51,836 nt of DNA from Myxococcota bacterium. Its GTDB lineage: Bacteria > Myxococcota_A > UBA9042 > PHBI01 > JAWLBL01. The position numbers and the translations under genes are program-made. Within the stretch, counting starts at the first letter, position 1. Each line of letters begins with the position of its first letter. Below, piece by piece: positions 27,194-38,014 of this stretch. A model generated the notes under the pieces. That model made no database searches. It worked only from the letters and a program-made list of their open reading frames with translations, and was not told where the DNA came from. The DNA lies in contig JAWLBL010000023.1 in assembly GCA_041687695.1 (NCBI GenBank), positions 1 to 51,836 of the forward strand. Reading direction: 5' to 3'.

Positions 27194-28807
27194 TCAGCGG
27201 GGGAGGGCGAGCAGGTCGGCCGCGGCGAGCGCCCGGAGCGCGGCGGCGGTCGAGCGGCGCTGGCCGTGGTCGTCGAGGTCGGAGATGGGGCAGCCGGCCG
27301 GGCGGAGCGCCGCGGCGGCCTCTTCGGGCAGGCCGGCGCGCGCGAGCGCCTGGCGGACGGCGTCCGGGGTGGCGGCCTGCGCGAGCACTGGCAGGTCCTG
27401 GGGCAGCACCGGGTCGCTCGGGTGGGGCAGCGCGTAGGTCGAGGCCAGGCCGGCGGTCTGTTGCAGCAGCAGGCGGAAGCCGGCGCTGGCGCCGCAGAAG
27501 CCGCGGCCGACCTCGAACGCGGCCTTGGCGGCCTCGAAGGGGCCCATGGCGTACTTGCGGGTCAGGGCCGCACGCACGCGCGCCTGCTCGGCGCTGGCCA
27601 TCGGGTCGAGCGCAGGGCGGTCGGGGGTGGCGGCGGCCTCGGGGATGGCGAGGTGCCCCTGGGGGCCGAAGTGGATGGGGGCGAGGCCGACCGAGGCGCC
27701 CGCGTGGGCGAGGTGCGTGAAGTCGATCTCGACCGTGACGTCTTGCGTGCCGGGCCAGCCGAGGAGCTCGACCGCGTCGGCGTGGACGTAGCCGTCCTCG
27801 GCGCCGTCGGGGGTCGGGAAGATGCGCAGGTGCGCCATGGTGGGCGCCGGGTCGAGCGCGTGGGTCGCGGTGCCGCCATAGTCGACGGTCAGCATCCAGC
27901 CCGCCTCGAGCGCGTCCGCCGCGAGGCGATACAGGCGCGTGACGCGCGGGCTGACCAGCAGCTCGGGCGGCGCGTCGTGGTTGCGGGCGCGGGCCGCGAC
28001 GACGGGCGCCAGCGCCTGCAGGTAGTGCGCGAGCGCGGGCCCGTCGGGGTGGGCGTCCAGCGGGACCCATCGCGGCTCGAAGCGGATCTCGGGGGCGGAC
28101 CCCGCCGACATCACCCGCCGCGCGGCCTGGCGCAGGTCGGCCAGGGACAGGGCGGCCTCGCCCTCGCCGGAGGTGTCCAGCCCGAGGCCGCGCAGGGCCG
28201 CCGCCGACACGCGCGGGACGAGCGTCAGGACCGTGCCGTCGAGCGGCCGCACCCGGTGGTGCGGATAGACGTCGACCAGCTCGTTGGACAGCAGCAGGCC
28301 CTTGAATCGCGGCGCGGCGGGCACGTCGTCGGCCGCGCTCTGAGGCAGGTGCTCGAGCCGCACCCCGACGTGGGCCGCGCAGGTCTCGGCCTGGACGCGC
28401 TGCAGCGCCGGGCTGCGCTCGCCGATGCGGTAGCGCAGGCGGTCGGCCAGCCGCGCCGCGGCGCCGCCCTCGGCCCCCAGCGCGAGCGCCGCGTCGCAGA
28501 CGTCGCGGGCCAGCGTCCCGTCGCCCGCGCCCAGCTCGACGATGACGAACGGCTCGTCCGGCCCGAGGGCGCCCTCGGCCTCGAGCTGCGCGCACATCGC
28601 CGCCGCGTGCCGCGCGACGAGCCGCCCGAACACCGGCGAGAGCCGCTCTGGGAAGGTCCAGAAGTCCTTCTGGTGCCCGAACTTCACCCGCCCGGCGGCG
28701 TAGTAGCCCGCCTCCGGGTCGTAGAGCGCGAGCTCCATCAGGTCGGCGAGGCTCACCCCGGCGTCGGCGGGGGCTGCGATCGGTTCACTCGTGGCGTTCG
28801 CGGTCAT
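27194..28807 (-). CDS. SAM-dependent methyltransferase, MidA/NDUFAF7 (DUF185) family
   Basis: LYDPEAGYY, DFWTFPE, ELGAGDGTLA, SNELVD, VDYG, QDVT..IDF motifs. Confidence 0.88.
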   Translation of the reverse strand: MTANATSEPIAAPADAGVSLADLMELALYDPEAGYYAAGRVKFGHQKDFWTFPERLSPVFGRLVARHAAAMCAQLEAEGALGPDEPFVIVELGAGDGTLARDVCDAALALGAEGGAAARLADRLRYRIGERSPALQRVQAETCAAHVGVRLEHLPQSAADDVPAAPRFKGLLLSNELVDVYPHHRVRPLDGTVLTLVPRVSAAALRGLGLDTSGEGEAALSLADLRQAARRVMSAGSAPEIRFEPRWVPLDAHPDGPALAHYLQALAPVVAARARNHDAPPELLVSPRVTRLYRLAADALEAGWMLTVDYGGTATHALDPAPTMAHLRIFPTPDGAEDGYVHADAVELLGWPGTQDVTVEIDFTHLAHAGASVGLAPIHFGPQGHLAIPEAAATPDRPALDPMASAEQARVRAALTRKYAMGPFEAAKAAFEVGRGFCGASAGFRLLLQQTAGLASTYALPHPSDPVLPQDLPVLAQAATPDAVRQALARAGLPEEAAAALRPAGCPISDLDDHGQRRSTAAALRALAAADLLALPR

Positions 28808-28874
28808 GCCGCGGAGCATAGCCCCACGGCGCCGGCCGGTCACGGCGACCCGGCCTGCGCCAAGCGCAACGACC

Positions 28875-29978
28875 TCATTTGGCCTTGCGCGCGCACCTCT
28901 TGAAGCAAGCCTTGGCGATCTTGGCCTTGCAGGCCTTCTTCAGGACGGCCTTCTCCTTCTTGAGCGACGGGCAGGGGCCACCCCGGCCGTCCTCGACGCT
29001 CTCGCGCAGTTTGTCGCAGCTCGGCTCGTCCCCCAGGCTGCACCCCTGCATCAGCATCCGCATGCCACGGTCGACCGTCTTGGCGTCCCACACCAGCCAG
29101 GCCGCGGTCGTCGCGCACTGCTCGGCGTTGCCCCCGAGGCAGCCGATCTCGGACAGCTCCATCCAGCCCTTGGGATAGCCCGCCTGCCGCGCGGTCTCGG
29201 CCCCGAACGCGCACTTGGCGTAGTCGCCCATCCGACACTGCTGGGCGATGGCGTGCCACCAGAGCTTCTCCTCGACCGCCGGGGGGCTCAGCGCGATCTT
29301 CTCGAACCGGGCGCAGCTCGCGATGTTGCCCCGATCGCACTCGCTCAGGGTCCGCCGCTTCTCGGAGGCCAGCTCGAGCTTTTCGCGCTCGCGGGCCTCC
29401 TCGAGCGCCTTGAACGAGGCGCGCACGCGTGCGAGCCGCGCCTCGTCGGCGTCTCGGGCCTTGTCGGCCTGCTTGGCCTTGCGGGCGGCGGCCACGCTGG
29501 GGTCGACCGCCTCGGCGAGCCCCATCGCCTCCTCGCGGCTGAGGCCGCAGTACAGGCCCCAGGCGGCCAGCTTGACCGCGGGCGGGTCGGCCGGCGCGAG
29601 GCAGCGGGTCGGAGGCCCGATGCTCAGGCTGTCGGCGATCGTCCTCAGCGTCTTGGCCATGCTGGTGTTGCCTTTGGCGTGACGGACGAGCGTGACCATC
29701 GTGCAGGCGTGCTTGGCCGAGGCGGCGTCGGCGCACCGCTGCAGGTGCTCGGGCGGCGTCGCCTGCCGCACGGACGCGGTCCCCGAGGCCTGGTTCCAGC
29801 TCGCGCGCTGCTTGGCGGCGAAGTCCTTCGAGTTCTGCAGCGCGTCCTTGTAGGTCTGCCGCTGGATGCGGTCGGCCCCGGACTCGCGCCGCGTCCCCAT
29901 GGGCGGCTGCCCCCACGCCACGTCGAGCGTCGTCGCGGCGAGCGCCACGGCGCCCGCGATCATCAAGAGACTGCGCAT
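28875..29978 (-). CDS. Secreted hypothetical protein with Sel1-like Cys-containing helical repeats
   Basis: Signal peptide (AWG-Q); repeats GCLGGNAEQC, GCSLGDEPSC, ECDRGNIASC; RBS GGGGAG. Confidence 0.65.
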   Translation of the reverse strand: MRSLLMIAGAVALAATTLDVAWGQPPMGTRRESGADRIQRQTYKDALQNSKDFAAKQRASWNQASGTASVRQATPPEHLQRCADAASAKHACTMVTLVRHAKGNTSMAKTLRTIADSLSIGPPTRCLAPADPPAVKLAAWGLYCGLSREEAMGLAEAVDPSVAAARKAKQADKARDADEARLARVRASFKALEEAREREKLELASEKRRTLSECDRGNIASCARFEKIALSPPAVEEKLWWHAIAQQCRMGDYAKCAFGAETARQAGYPKGWMELSEIGCLGGNAEQCATTAAWLVWDAKTVDRGMRMLMQGCSLGDEPSCDKLRESVEDGRGGPCPSLKKEKAVLKKACKAKIAKACFKRCARKAK

Positions 29979-30517
29979 CGTCTTGGCTCCCCTGTCCGTC
30001 GCCGACGCTCGCGCCGGCCTGTCGAGTCGTCCCCCACTCCCGACGGCGCGCCGGGTCGTGGCCTGTCGAGCCCCGAGCGGCGCGTCGATGGGGAGGCTAT
30101 CCGCTGGTCCGAAGCCGCGCAACGCGGGCCCCGCGGCCGCCCGGGTCCGGCCAGCCCTGCACACCGACTCCGGATGGGCGTCAGAGTTCCGCAACGCCAG
30201 AGGCTGCGAAGTCGGCGAGGCGAGCGGAAGGGGCCGCGATCGTGGCGGGCCTGGGCGGGCGTCGCGCAAGGGGGGGCTGGCGAAGAGAAGGCGAGAAAAT
30301 CGGGCGCGGCGTCGGCGCGGGTCAGGGTGATCCGAGCGGCTCCCCCGATCGGGTGATACGGGGTGGAATTGCTTCACTTGCGGTCGCGAGGGAGGCGCGC
30401 CGGTCGGCGACGGAGGGACCTGGCGCGACCCGGCGCGAGGCGGGCTGGGCTGGCGCTGACCGCTCGGCTCGCGTATCGAGGAGGCCAGGCAACGGTTCGG
30501 TGGTCGGGGGACGAGAC

Positions 30518-33500
30518 ATGACGGGCATTCACTGGCGTTTCGCCGCCGCGCTGAGCGCGCTGCTGGCGGTTGGCTGCACGGACGACGCGACCAGCGGTCC
30601 GGGCAAGGGCGACACCGTTCACAGCGACGGGCTCGGGGATCTGGGGGGCGACGGGACGTCCACGGACGCCGAGACCGGGTGGGACGGGGCCGACGAGGGT
30701 GGCCCCGGTGCGGACGTCGAGGTCACCGGCGACGTGGCCGGCGACGAGGGCGGGCCGGTCGAGGACGTCGAAGACGGCGGGTCGGTCGAGGACGGCGAGG
30801 TCACGGGCGACGCGGGCGGGGACGAGGGCGGCCCGAACGAGGAGGTCGCGGAGCCGGACGGGGGCGGCGAGGACGTCGAGATCCCGGACGGAGGGGGCGA
30901 GGACGTGGAAGGTCCGGACGGCGGGGGCGAGGACGCGGACCCGGTCGAGGACGTGGACCCGGTGGACGACGTCGAGAGCGGCGACGTGCCCGGGCTCGAC
31001 GTCGGCCCGCTCGAGGACGCTGTCGTCGAGGACGTCGCCGAGGCTGACGTCGCGGACCCGGACACCACCGCCAGCGGCCCCGACGCGGACGCGGTGGGTG
31101 ATCCCGACGGCTCGGACGCCGACGGAGAGGTCACGCCGCCCGAGCCCGAGCCCATCAGCTGCGTCGTGGGGGCGCCTGCGACGACTCCGTTCGCGTGCGC
31201 GCAAGGACCGTGCGCGACGGCCGAGTGCGTGGGGACCGGCAAGTTCCTGTATGCCGGGTTGGAGCTCGGCTACTGCGTCTTCAGCGCCACGAACGACGGC
31301 GTCGAGTGCGTGCCCACCGACGATCGGTGCCTGGTGGGCACCTGCGTCCAGGCCGAGTGTGTCGGGATCCAGCCGACGGCCTGCGACGGGGTCTGTCACA
31401 CCGGCGCGTGCGACCCCGCCACGGGCTGCGTGCCCGTCGAGGAGGGGACGGAGTGCGACGACGACGATCTCTCGACCTTCTCGTCGGCCTGCACGCTGGA
31501 GGGCACGTGCGTGGGCGAAAACGGCTGCGACGACGGCAACCCCTGCACCTTCGACATCGCGTTCAACGGCGTCTGCCAACACAACATCGTCGTCGGTAAG
31601 GCGTGCGACGACGACGGGGATCCGTGCACGAAGGACCAGTGTGACGCGGCGGGAGTGTGCCAGCACACGCCGTCCGAGGTGGGGGCGCCCTGCCAGGCCT
31701 CGTGTGGCGTCGGCAGCTGCGACGAGGCGGGCGCCTGCGTCGACGTGGTCGAGGCCTGCCAGCCGGCCGACCCGTGTGGGCAGGGCGTCTGCGACGGTGA
31801 CAACGGCTGCATCACGGTCTACGACGACCCGGGCTGCTACGCCGCCGGAGCGCAGTGCAACGCGCAGCAGGGCATCTGCACGGGGTCGTGGTGCGGGGAC
31901 GGCTGGTGCGGGGCGGGCGAGACGGCGGTTTGGTGCGAGGACTGTCAGGTCGCCTGCTATGGCTCGACGGACTGCAGCAAGCGCTACAACGAGGTGGTCT
32001 GGGCCGGCGCCTACAAGGCCAACGCCAGCATCGCCTACGGCTTCCCGACGACCGGCGCCCATCAGACCGAGACCTTCACGCAGATGCTCGACGACGGGAT
32101 CCGCTGGCTGCACCTGGTCATCGACTACTGCATCGCGGGCGCCGACTCGGGCGAGATGTGCCTGTGCGCGGGCGACAACGACTGCCTGAGCACGCCGTAC
32201 CTCCTGTCGAGCGGGCTCGCCGAGATCCGCGAGTGGATGGACGCCCACCCCGAGGCGGTCGTGACGCTCAAGCTCGACGAGTACGTCAACAACGCCGACC
32301 TCTTTGGCGCGCTGGTCGCCTCGGGGCTGGCCGAGGACCTGTATCAGCGCTGGTCGTATCAGGGCACCTACGAGACCTGGCCGATGAACCTGGCGAACAT
32401 GGCGAACAAGCGCCGCAGGCTGGTGGTCTTCGGCGGCGGGCTGCTCGAGACCTGGCAGCTGTACGTCGCCTCGGAGTTCCAGCCGGCCAATCCCGAACCG
32501 TCGGACTCGAACCTGGGGACGATCTTCACGGTGGACGGGCCGGAGACCTACAGGTGCACCGACGTTTCGGGGCAGCCTCCGGCCGCCGGTCAACTCTACG
32601 TCATCGAGGACATCGTGTCGGGCATCGCCGGCAGCACCTCGTGGTCGGCGGCCTCGTGCAAGAACATCTTCTCGTCCGAGCAGCGCAACTACTGCAAGGA
32701 GGCGTACGGCCTCGAGCGGGTCAACGCCTTCATGTTCCAGTTCTACAACTCGGCGGCCGAGCCCATCGACGTGTTCACGCCGTTCACCTCGCCCTACGCG
32801 GACCAGTGCAGCAATGGCATCGACACCTGCACGAGCTCGAGCGACTGCTCGAGCGGGATCTGCTCGGTCTGGGGCATCTGCATCAGCTGCGCCGACGACG
32901 CCGACTGCGCCGAGAGCCAGTACTGCAGCGACGCCTGGAAGTCCTGCCTGTCGGATCTGCTCGATGGGTCGGTGTGCTCGCGCGACAGCCAGTGCGTCAG
33001 CGGCAACTGCGACTTCCTGTGCTACTCGTGCAGCAGCGACGCCGACTGCGACGCCGACGAGTGGTGCGACGTCTTCGGCGGCTGCCACGCGAAGAAGCCC
33101 ATCGGCTTCGGGTGCCTGAGCAACGCCGAGTGCATCGACGGCAACTGCCACGTCGGCTACTGCGCCGAGTGCAACGACCAGGGCGACTGCGAGGTCGGCG
33201 AGTACTGCGATCTGAACATCCTGCCGGGCGAGAGCAGCTGCGTGCCGACCAAGGCGCTGGGCCAGGGCTGCACCAACCCCTTCGAGTGCAGCTCGGGGGC
33301 CTGCTATACGGCGACCTGCGTCGAGTGCGACCAGCACTCGGACTGCGACGCCGACGAGTACTGCACGCTGGGCCTCATCCCGCCCGTCGAGAGCACCTGC
33401 GAGGCCAAGCGCCCCGTCGGCGGGTCGTGCGCCAGCGGCGTCGAGTGCCTCAGCGGCGGGTGCTTCTTCGGGATCTGCGGCGAGTGCAGCGACGACGGCG

Positions 33501-35128
33501 GGTGCGCCGGCGACGAATTCTGCGCCCCCGACCTGACCTGCCAGCCCAAGGTGGGCATCGGCACGGCCTGCGCCTTCGACAGCGCGTGCCTGTCGGGCAA
33601 CTGCTATCTGCTGACCTGCGTCGAGTGCAACGAGCACGCCGACTGCCCGGAGGACGAGTTCTGTACGCTGGACGTCGGCGCCGGCGCGTCGAAGTGCGCT
33701 CCGGACAAGGACAACGGCGCGGCGTGCACGTCGGACGCCGAGTGCTCGAGCGGCGCCTGCACGGTGCTGGTCTGCGGCGAGTGCGCGTCGTCGGCGGACT
33801 GCGGCGCCGGCGAGTTCTGTAGCCCCCTGAACGAGTGCCTGCCCAAGGTGACCAACGGGACGGCCTGCGGCATGAACGACGCATGCCAGTCCGGCAACTG
33901 CTACCTGGGCTTCTGCGTCGAGTGCGACGAGCAGGGCGACTGCGGCGCGGGCCAGTACTGCACCTTGAACATCGCCCCGGGCGCCAGCAAGTGCGCGTCG
34001 CTGAAGTCCAACGGGTCGGCGTGCGGCAGCGCGGTCGAGTGCGCCAGCGGCGCGTGTCACGCGGCCATCTGCAGCGAGTGTGACGCCCACGGCGACTGCG
34101 CCGGGAACGAGTACTGCACGCTCAGCTTCGGCTCGGCCAGCACCTGCGAGGCCAAAAAGCCCAACGGCTCGGGGTGCGCGAGCGCGGTCGAGTGCAGCTC
34201 GAACGCCTGCACGCTGTTCACCTGCGGCGAGTGCGTCACCCACAGCGACTGCGGCAGCGGCAAGTGGTGCGACGCCGGCAACACCTGCCAGGCGAAGGCG
34301 GCCAACGGCAAGGCCTGCCTGACCGACGTCGAGTGCGCCAGCGGCAACTGCTGGAACCTCATCTGCGCCGAGTGCGACGAGCACTCGGACTGCTCGAGCT
34401 CGCAGTACTGCACGCTGAACGTGCCCGACTCGGCCAACAGCAAGTGCGCCAGCAAAAAGAGCAACGGCAGCGGCTGCGGCAGTGGCGTCGAGTGCTCGAG
34501 CGGCATCTGCTCGCTGGGGACCTGCGTGGCGTGCACGGCCCTGCCGCAGCAGGGCTGCAACTTCTCGACCCAGTACTGCCTGAGCGCGCAGTGCCACAAC
34601 AAGAAGGCCAACGGCCAGTCGTGCGGCGCCAACGACCAGTGCACCAGCGGCACTTGCGCGGCCGGGACCTGCCAGACGCCGTGCAACGCCAGCAACGACT
34701 GCAGCAGCAGCGAGTGGTGCAGCCTCATCCTGGGCGCGTGCCAGCCCAAGAAGGACAACGGCACCGGGTGCACGGACGGCCAGCAGTGCAGCTCGGGGAT
34801 CTGCAACGTCGGGACGTGCGTGGGCTGCGCGACCCACTCGCAGTGCAACGCCAACCAGTACTGCGACAACGTGATCGGCGGCAGCTTCACCTGCAAGAGC
34901 GATCTGGCCAACGGCTCGGGCTGCGACGGCAACGCGTGGTGCCAGAGCAACATCTGTGTGGGCTTCAAGTGCGTCCAGTGCGCTGGCAACGCCGACTGCA
35001 GCTCGACCCAGTTCTGCCTGGACAACCAGTGCAAGGCCAAGAAGGCGGACGGGCAGGACTGCGCCTTCGGCGACCAGTGCACGAGCGGCTGCTGCTCGTT
35101 CTTCACCTGCGGCGGGTTCGGCTGCTGA
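30518..35128 (+). CDS. Giant Cys-rich lipoprotein with embedded PI-PLC-like phosphodiesterase domain
   Basis: Lipobox AVGC; acidic linker; CDDGNPCT repeats; QMLDDGIRWLHL...EIREWMDAHPEAVVTL domain; many CxxxxECxSGxC repeats. Confidence 0.85.
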   Translation: MTGIHWRFAAALSALLAVGCTDDATSGPGKGDTVHSDGLGDLGGDGTSTDAETGWDGADEGGPGADVEVTGDVAGDEGGPVEDVEDGGSVEDGEVTGDAGGDEGGPNEEVAEPDGGGEDVEIPDGGGEDVEGPDGGGEDADPVEDVDPVDDVESGDVPGLDVGPLEDAVVEDVAEADVADPDTTASGPDADAVGDPDGSDADGEVTPPEPEPISCVVGAPATTPFACAQGPCATAECVGTGKFLYAGLELGYCVFSATNDGVECVPTDDRCLVGTCVQAECVGIQPTACDGVCHTGACDPATGCVPVEEGTECDDDDLSTFSSACTLEGTCVGENGCDDGNPCTFDIAFNGVCQHNIVVGKACDDDGDPCTKDQCDAAGVCQHTPSEVGAPCQASCGVGSCDEAGACVDVVEACQPADPCGQGVCDGDNGCITVYDDPGCYAAGAQCNAQQGICTGSWCGDGWCGAGETAVWCEDCQVACYGSTDCSKRYNEVVWAGAYKANASIAYGFPTTGAHQTETFTQMLDDGIRWLHLVIDYCIAGADSGEMCLCAGDNDCLSTPYLLSSGLAEIREWMDAHPEAVVTLKLDEYVNNADLFGALVASGLAEDLYQRWSYQGTYETWPMNLANMANKRRRLVVFGGGLLETWQLYVASEFQPANPEPSDSNLGTIFTVDGPETYRCTDVSGQPPAAGQLYVIEDIVSGIAGSTSWSAASCKNIFSSEQRNYCKEAYGLERVNAFMFQFYNSAAEPIDVFTPFTSPYADQCSNGIDTCTSSSDCSSGICSVWGICISCADDADCAESQYCSDAWKSCLSDLLDGSVCSRDSQCVSGNCDFLCYSCSSDADCDADEWCDVFGGCHAKKPIGFGCLSNAECIDGNCHVGYCAECNDQGDCEVGEYCDLNILPGESSCVPTKALGQGCTNPFECSSGACYTATCVECDQHSDCDADEYCTLGLIPPVESTCEAKRPVGGSCASGVECLSGGCFFGICGECSDDGGCAGDEFCAPDLTCQPKVGIGTACAFDSACLSGNCYLLTCVECNEHADCPEDEFCTLDVGAGASKCAPDKDNGAACTSDAECSSGACTVLVCGECASSADCGAGEFCSPLNECLPKVTNGTACGMNDACQSGNCYLGFCVECDEQGDCGAGQYCTLNIAPGASKCASLKSNGSACGSAVECASGACHAAICSECDAHGDCAGNEYCTLSFGSASTCEAKKPNGSGCASAVECSSNACTLFTCGECVTHSDCGSGKWCDAGNTCQAKAANGKACLTDVECASGNCWNLICAECDEHSDCSSSQYCTLNVPDSANSKCASKKSNGSGCGSGVECSSGICSLGTCVACTALPQQGCNFSTQYCLSAQCHNKKANGQSCGANDQCTSGTCAAGTCQTPCNASNDCSSSEWCSLILGACQPKKDNGTGCTDGQQCSSGICNVGTCVGCATHSQCNANQYCDNVIGGSFTCKSDLANGSGCDGNAWCQSNICVGFKCVQCAGNADCSSTQFCLDNQCKAKKADGQDCAFGDQCTSGCCSFFTCGGFGC

Positions 35129-35149
35129 CCCGCTGGCTTGCCGTGGCCA

Positions 35150-35185
35150 GGCCCCCGTCCGCTAGACGCTTGCGGGACGGGGGCC
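35150..35185 (+). terminator. GC-rich stem-loop downstream of the giant lipoprotein gene
   Basis: GGCCCCCGTCC / GGACGGGGGCC 11-bp stem; no U-tract. Confidence 0.45.
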
Positions 35186-35220
35186 GAGGCGGTTGAATGG
35201 GGCTCGCAAGGGGGCAGACC

Positions 35221-37491
35221 ATGGTGATGCAGCTGCAGAAGCGGGCCGGGGCCGACGCCGACGCCAACCTCGAGGCGCCGGGCGCCACGGGCGCGGGCGG
35301 GGGCAAGCTGGCCGGGATGAAGGGCCAGCTGGCGGGGCTGGGATACGCCGAGCAGGCGGCGCTGCTGGCGCCGGCGGGCAACGCGCCGGTGCAGAAGAAG
35401 GACGGCGGCGGGGCCGGCGAGGCCGAGGCCGTGTTCGACAAGTTCGCGCTGTCGGACGAGGTGCGGGCGCTGTTCGTCGAGCTGGCGGCGACCGACGACC
35501 CGGCCTGTCAGGAGGAGCTGGTCAACACGCTGCACCAGGACCATGGGGTGCCCCAGGCGATCATCGCCGGCGTGCTGAAGGCGAACGAGAAGTTCTGGCC
35601 CAAGGCCTACCAGGCGGTGCGCAAGGGCAGCTGGAGCCAGACGAACCTGGACGCGTCGGGGGCCATCAAGAGCACGTTCACGGCCGACGGCAAGGGGTTC
35701 GGCTGGGACGCGGCGACCTGGTCGCTGGACGGCTCGGTCAAGGACCAGAAGGTCACCTACACCGACAAGGACGACCACTGGACGGCGGTGGCGTCGGTCA
35801 AGGACCAGAAGGTCACGGTCGACCACGCGGACGACAACTGGTCGGCCGTGGCGTCGGTCAAGGATCAGTCGGTGACCTACACCGACGAGGACGACCACTG
35901 GTCGGCGACGGCGGGCTACAAGGACAAGGCCTTCCTGGCCGGCAAGATGGGCGAGGAGGGCGGGCCGCAGCACCAGGGGCGGCTCGAGATGGGCTTCAAG
36001 GACGGCGGGTCGGCCGCGGCCAAGTACGGGTACAAGGACGAAAAGCAGACGCTGGACGCCAAGGCCGGCTTTGCCGGCGGCAAGGTGTCGGCGGACGGCA
36101 AGCGGGTCCTCGTGGGCGAGGACGGCGTCACGACGACGGTGCTGGCCGACGCGGCCTACAAGAAGGGGCAGCTCGAGGCGGGCGGCGGTTGGAAGCAGGC
36201 CTCGGGCGACGGCAAGAAGGCGCCGGTCGAGAGCACCGAGCTGTCGGGGCGGGTCAAGCTGGGCGAGCAGAAGGGCGGCAGCCTGGACGCCAAGGTCGTG
36301 CGCGAGGGGTACTCGGCGACGGCCAACGCGGACGTGCTGGCGACGGCGAGCGCCACGACGGTCAAGGGCGGCGGGACGGTGGTCCTGGGTGGCAAGAAGG
36401 CGCCCAAGGACGGCGACACGACGCAGGTCACGCTGAAGGCGACCGGCAGCCACACCGACAAGAAGGACGGCGAGGGCACGACGCAGGTGCACGTGTCGGG
36501 CGGCCTCGTGAAGGGGGACGCCAGCGCCAAGGCCGCCTACGACTACAAGGGGCAGGGCGGGTACGCGGTGCACTCGGTGAGCGCCGAGGTGGCCGACAGC
36601 TGGGATCTGGACGAGGCGGCCAAGGAGAAGCTGACCCTGAAGATGCTGGGGGTGGCCAACATCAAGAGCCAGCCGGGCGCGGTCGACACCTTCGAGGTCA
36701 AGGGCGTCGGCCAGTGGGTCAAGGGCGAAGGGGACGGGGCCAAGGCGCTGGAGTTCAGCGTGGCGGCCGGCAAGACCGACGACCTGATGAAGGCGACGGG
36801 CAGCTCGGGCGAGACGAAGCTTCCGGGCATCGGCGCGGGCTACTACGGGCGCTTCGACGCCAGCGGCAAGTCGGGCAAGCACTCGGCGTCGGGCAGCCTG
36901 GGCTTCGGCGGGGGCGACGGCGGGATGCTGGCGGCGGCCAAGGGGCAGTACGCGTACGGCGACAAGGCCAAGGTGAACGCGTACGCGGCGGCGGCGAAGT
37001 CCGACGGGGACCTGGCGGCGTTCTTGAAGGTGACGGGCGAGTTCGCGGCCTCCAAGGACATCAAGCTGTCGGCGGGCGGCGAGTACAAGCTGACGCCGGG
37101 CAACCCGCAGTACGAGGCGCTGTGGAAGACGTACGTCGGGATGGGCTACAACATCCAGAAGGGGATGGATCTGACGCTGAAGCTGGGCGTGGCCGACAAC
37201 GGCGAGCACGTGGCCTTCGTGCCCGAGGTCGAGTTCATGTGGGCCAAGAAGCTGGACTTCAAGGCGGTCGGGGTCTTCGGGTCGAACCTGACGCCGACAG
37301 CGGCGGGGATCGTCGACTTCGGGCCGGCGTCCATCTTCGCGGGGGTCGGCGACATGTCGAACCTGACGATGGCGGGGCACGGCGGGATGATGCCCGGGGC
37401 CGGGCCGGACGTGCTGCGGACGGGCGGCATGGGGGCCGAGCCGTTCGTGGGCGTGAAGATCGATCTGCTCAAGCTGTTCCGGAAGAAGTAG
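35221..37491 (+). CDS. Beta-strand-rich hypothetical protein without signal peptide
   Basis: Strong GC3 codon bias; Gly/Lys/Asp-rich amphipathic beta pattern; 20-aa internal repeats; start 35197, 35221 or 35227. Confidence 0.8.
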   Translation: MVMQLQKRAGADADANLEAPGATGAGGGKLAGMKGQLAGLGYAEQAALLAPAGNAPVQKKDGGGAGEAEAVFDKFALSDEVRALFVELAATDDPACQEELVNTLHQDHGVPQAIIAGVLKANEKFWPKAYQAVRKGSWSQTNLDASGAIKSTFTADGKGFGWDAATWSLDGSVKDQKVTYTDKDDHWTAVASVKDQKVTVDHADDNWSAVASVKDQSVTYTDEDDHWSATAGYKDKAFLAGKMGEEGGPQHQGRLEMGFKDGGSAAAKYGYKDEKQTLDAKAGFAGGKVSADGKRVLVGEDGVTTTVLADAAYKKGQLEAGGGWKQASGDGKKAPVESTELSGRVKLGEQKGGSLDAKVVREGYSATANADVLATASATTVKGGGTVVLGGKKAPKDGDTTQVTLKATGSHTDKKDGEGTTQVHVSGGLVKGDASAKAAYDYKGQGGYAVHSVSAEVADSWDLDEAAKEKLTLKMLGVANIKSQPGAVDTFEVKGVGQWVKGEGDGAKALEFSVAAGKTDDLMKATGSSGETKLPGIGAGYYGRFDASGKSGKHSASGSLGFGGGDGGMLAAAKGQYAYGDKAKVNAYAAAAKSDGDLAAFLKVTGEFAASKDIKLSAGGEYKLTPGNPQYEALWKTYVGMGYNIQKGMDLTLKLGVADNGEHVAFVPEVEFMWAKKLDFKAVGVFGSNLTPTAAGIVDFGPASIFAGVGDMSNLTMAGHGGMMPGAGPDVLRTGGMGAEPFVGVKIDLLKLFRKK
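35719..35925 (+). repeat. 60-bp (20-aa) intragenic repeat, about 3.5 copies
   Basis: W(S/T)xxxSVKDQxVTxxxxDDx repeated with an exact 60-nt period. Confidence 0.85.
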
Positions 37492-37498
37492 CCGGCGC

Positions 37499-37990
37499 GT
37501 GGGGCCGTCGGGGGAGGCGTGCGAGTGCGGCTCGGGGCGGCCGTTCGGCGAGTGCTGCGGGCCGCTGCTGGGGGGCGAGGCGGTGGCGGCGACGGCCGAG
37601 GCGCTGATGCGGTCGCGGTACGTGGCCTACGCGCGCGGCGAGGTGGACTACCTGGTGGCGACGCAGGCGCCGGAGACGCGGCCGGCGAGCCTGCGCCAGG
37701 ACGTGGCGGCCTGGGCGCGGGCGGCGCGGTTCACGGGGTTGAGCGTGACGGCGGTCGAGCGGGGCGGGCACGCAGAGGTCGACGGCTTCGTGACCTTCTC
37801 GGCGCGGTTCGTAGAGGGCGGGCGGGCGCAGGCGCTGTCGGAGCGGTCGCGCTTTGCGCGGCGGGCGGCGGGCTGGGTCTACGTCGACGGTCAGCCGGCG
37901 CCGGTGCGGACCGCGGAGGGGAAGGTGGGGCGCAACGCGCCGTGCCCGTGCGGCAGCGGCCGCAAGTACAAGCAGTGCTGCGGAAGCTAG
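37499..37990 (+). CDS. YchJ family SEC-C motif protein
   Basis: CECGSG...[17 protein letters not shown]...[24 protein letters not shown]. Confidence 0.92.
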   Translation: MGPSGEACECGSGRPFGECCGPLLGGEAVAATAEALMRSRYVAYARGEVDYLVATQAPETRPASLRQDVAAWARAARFTGLSVTAVERGGHAEVDGFVTFSARFVEGGRAQALSERSRFARRAAGWVYVDGQPAPVRTAEGKVGRNAPCPCGSGRKYKQCCGS

Positions 37991-38014
37991 CGATCGCGGG
38001 GGCTTCGAGGGCGG

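Noticed and set aside
30374..34837. 1487-aa minus-strand ORF (likewise 11401-14577 +, 34057-37380 -, 8786-11221 +, 45931-48699 +)
   Set aside because: Antisense or shifted-frame shadows of real genes, expected at high GC; no motifs
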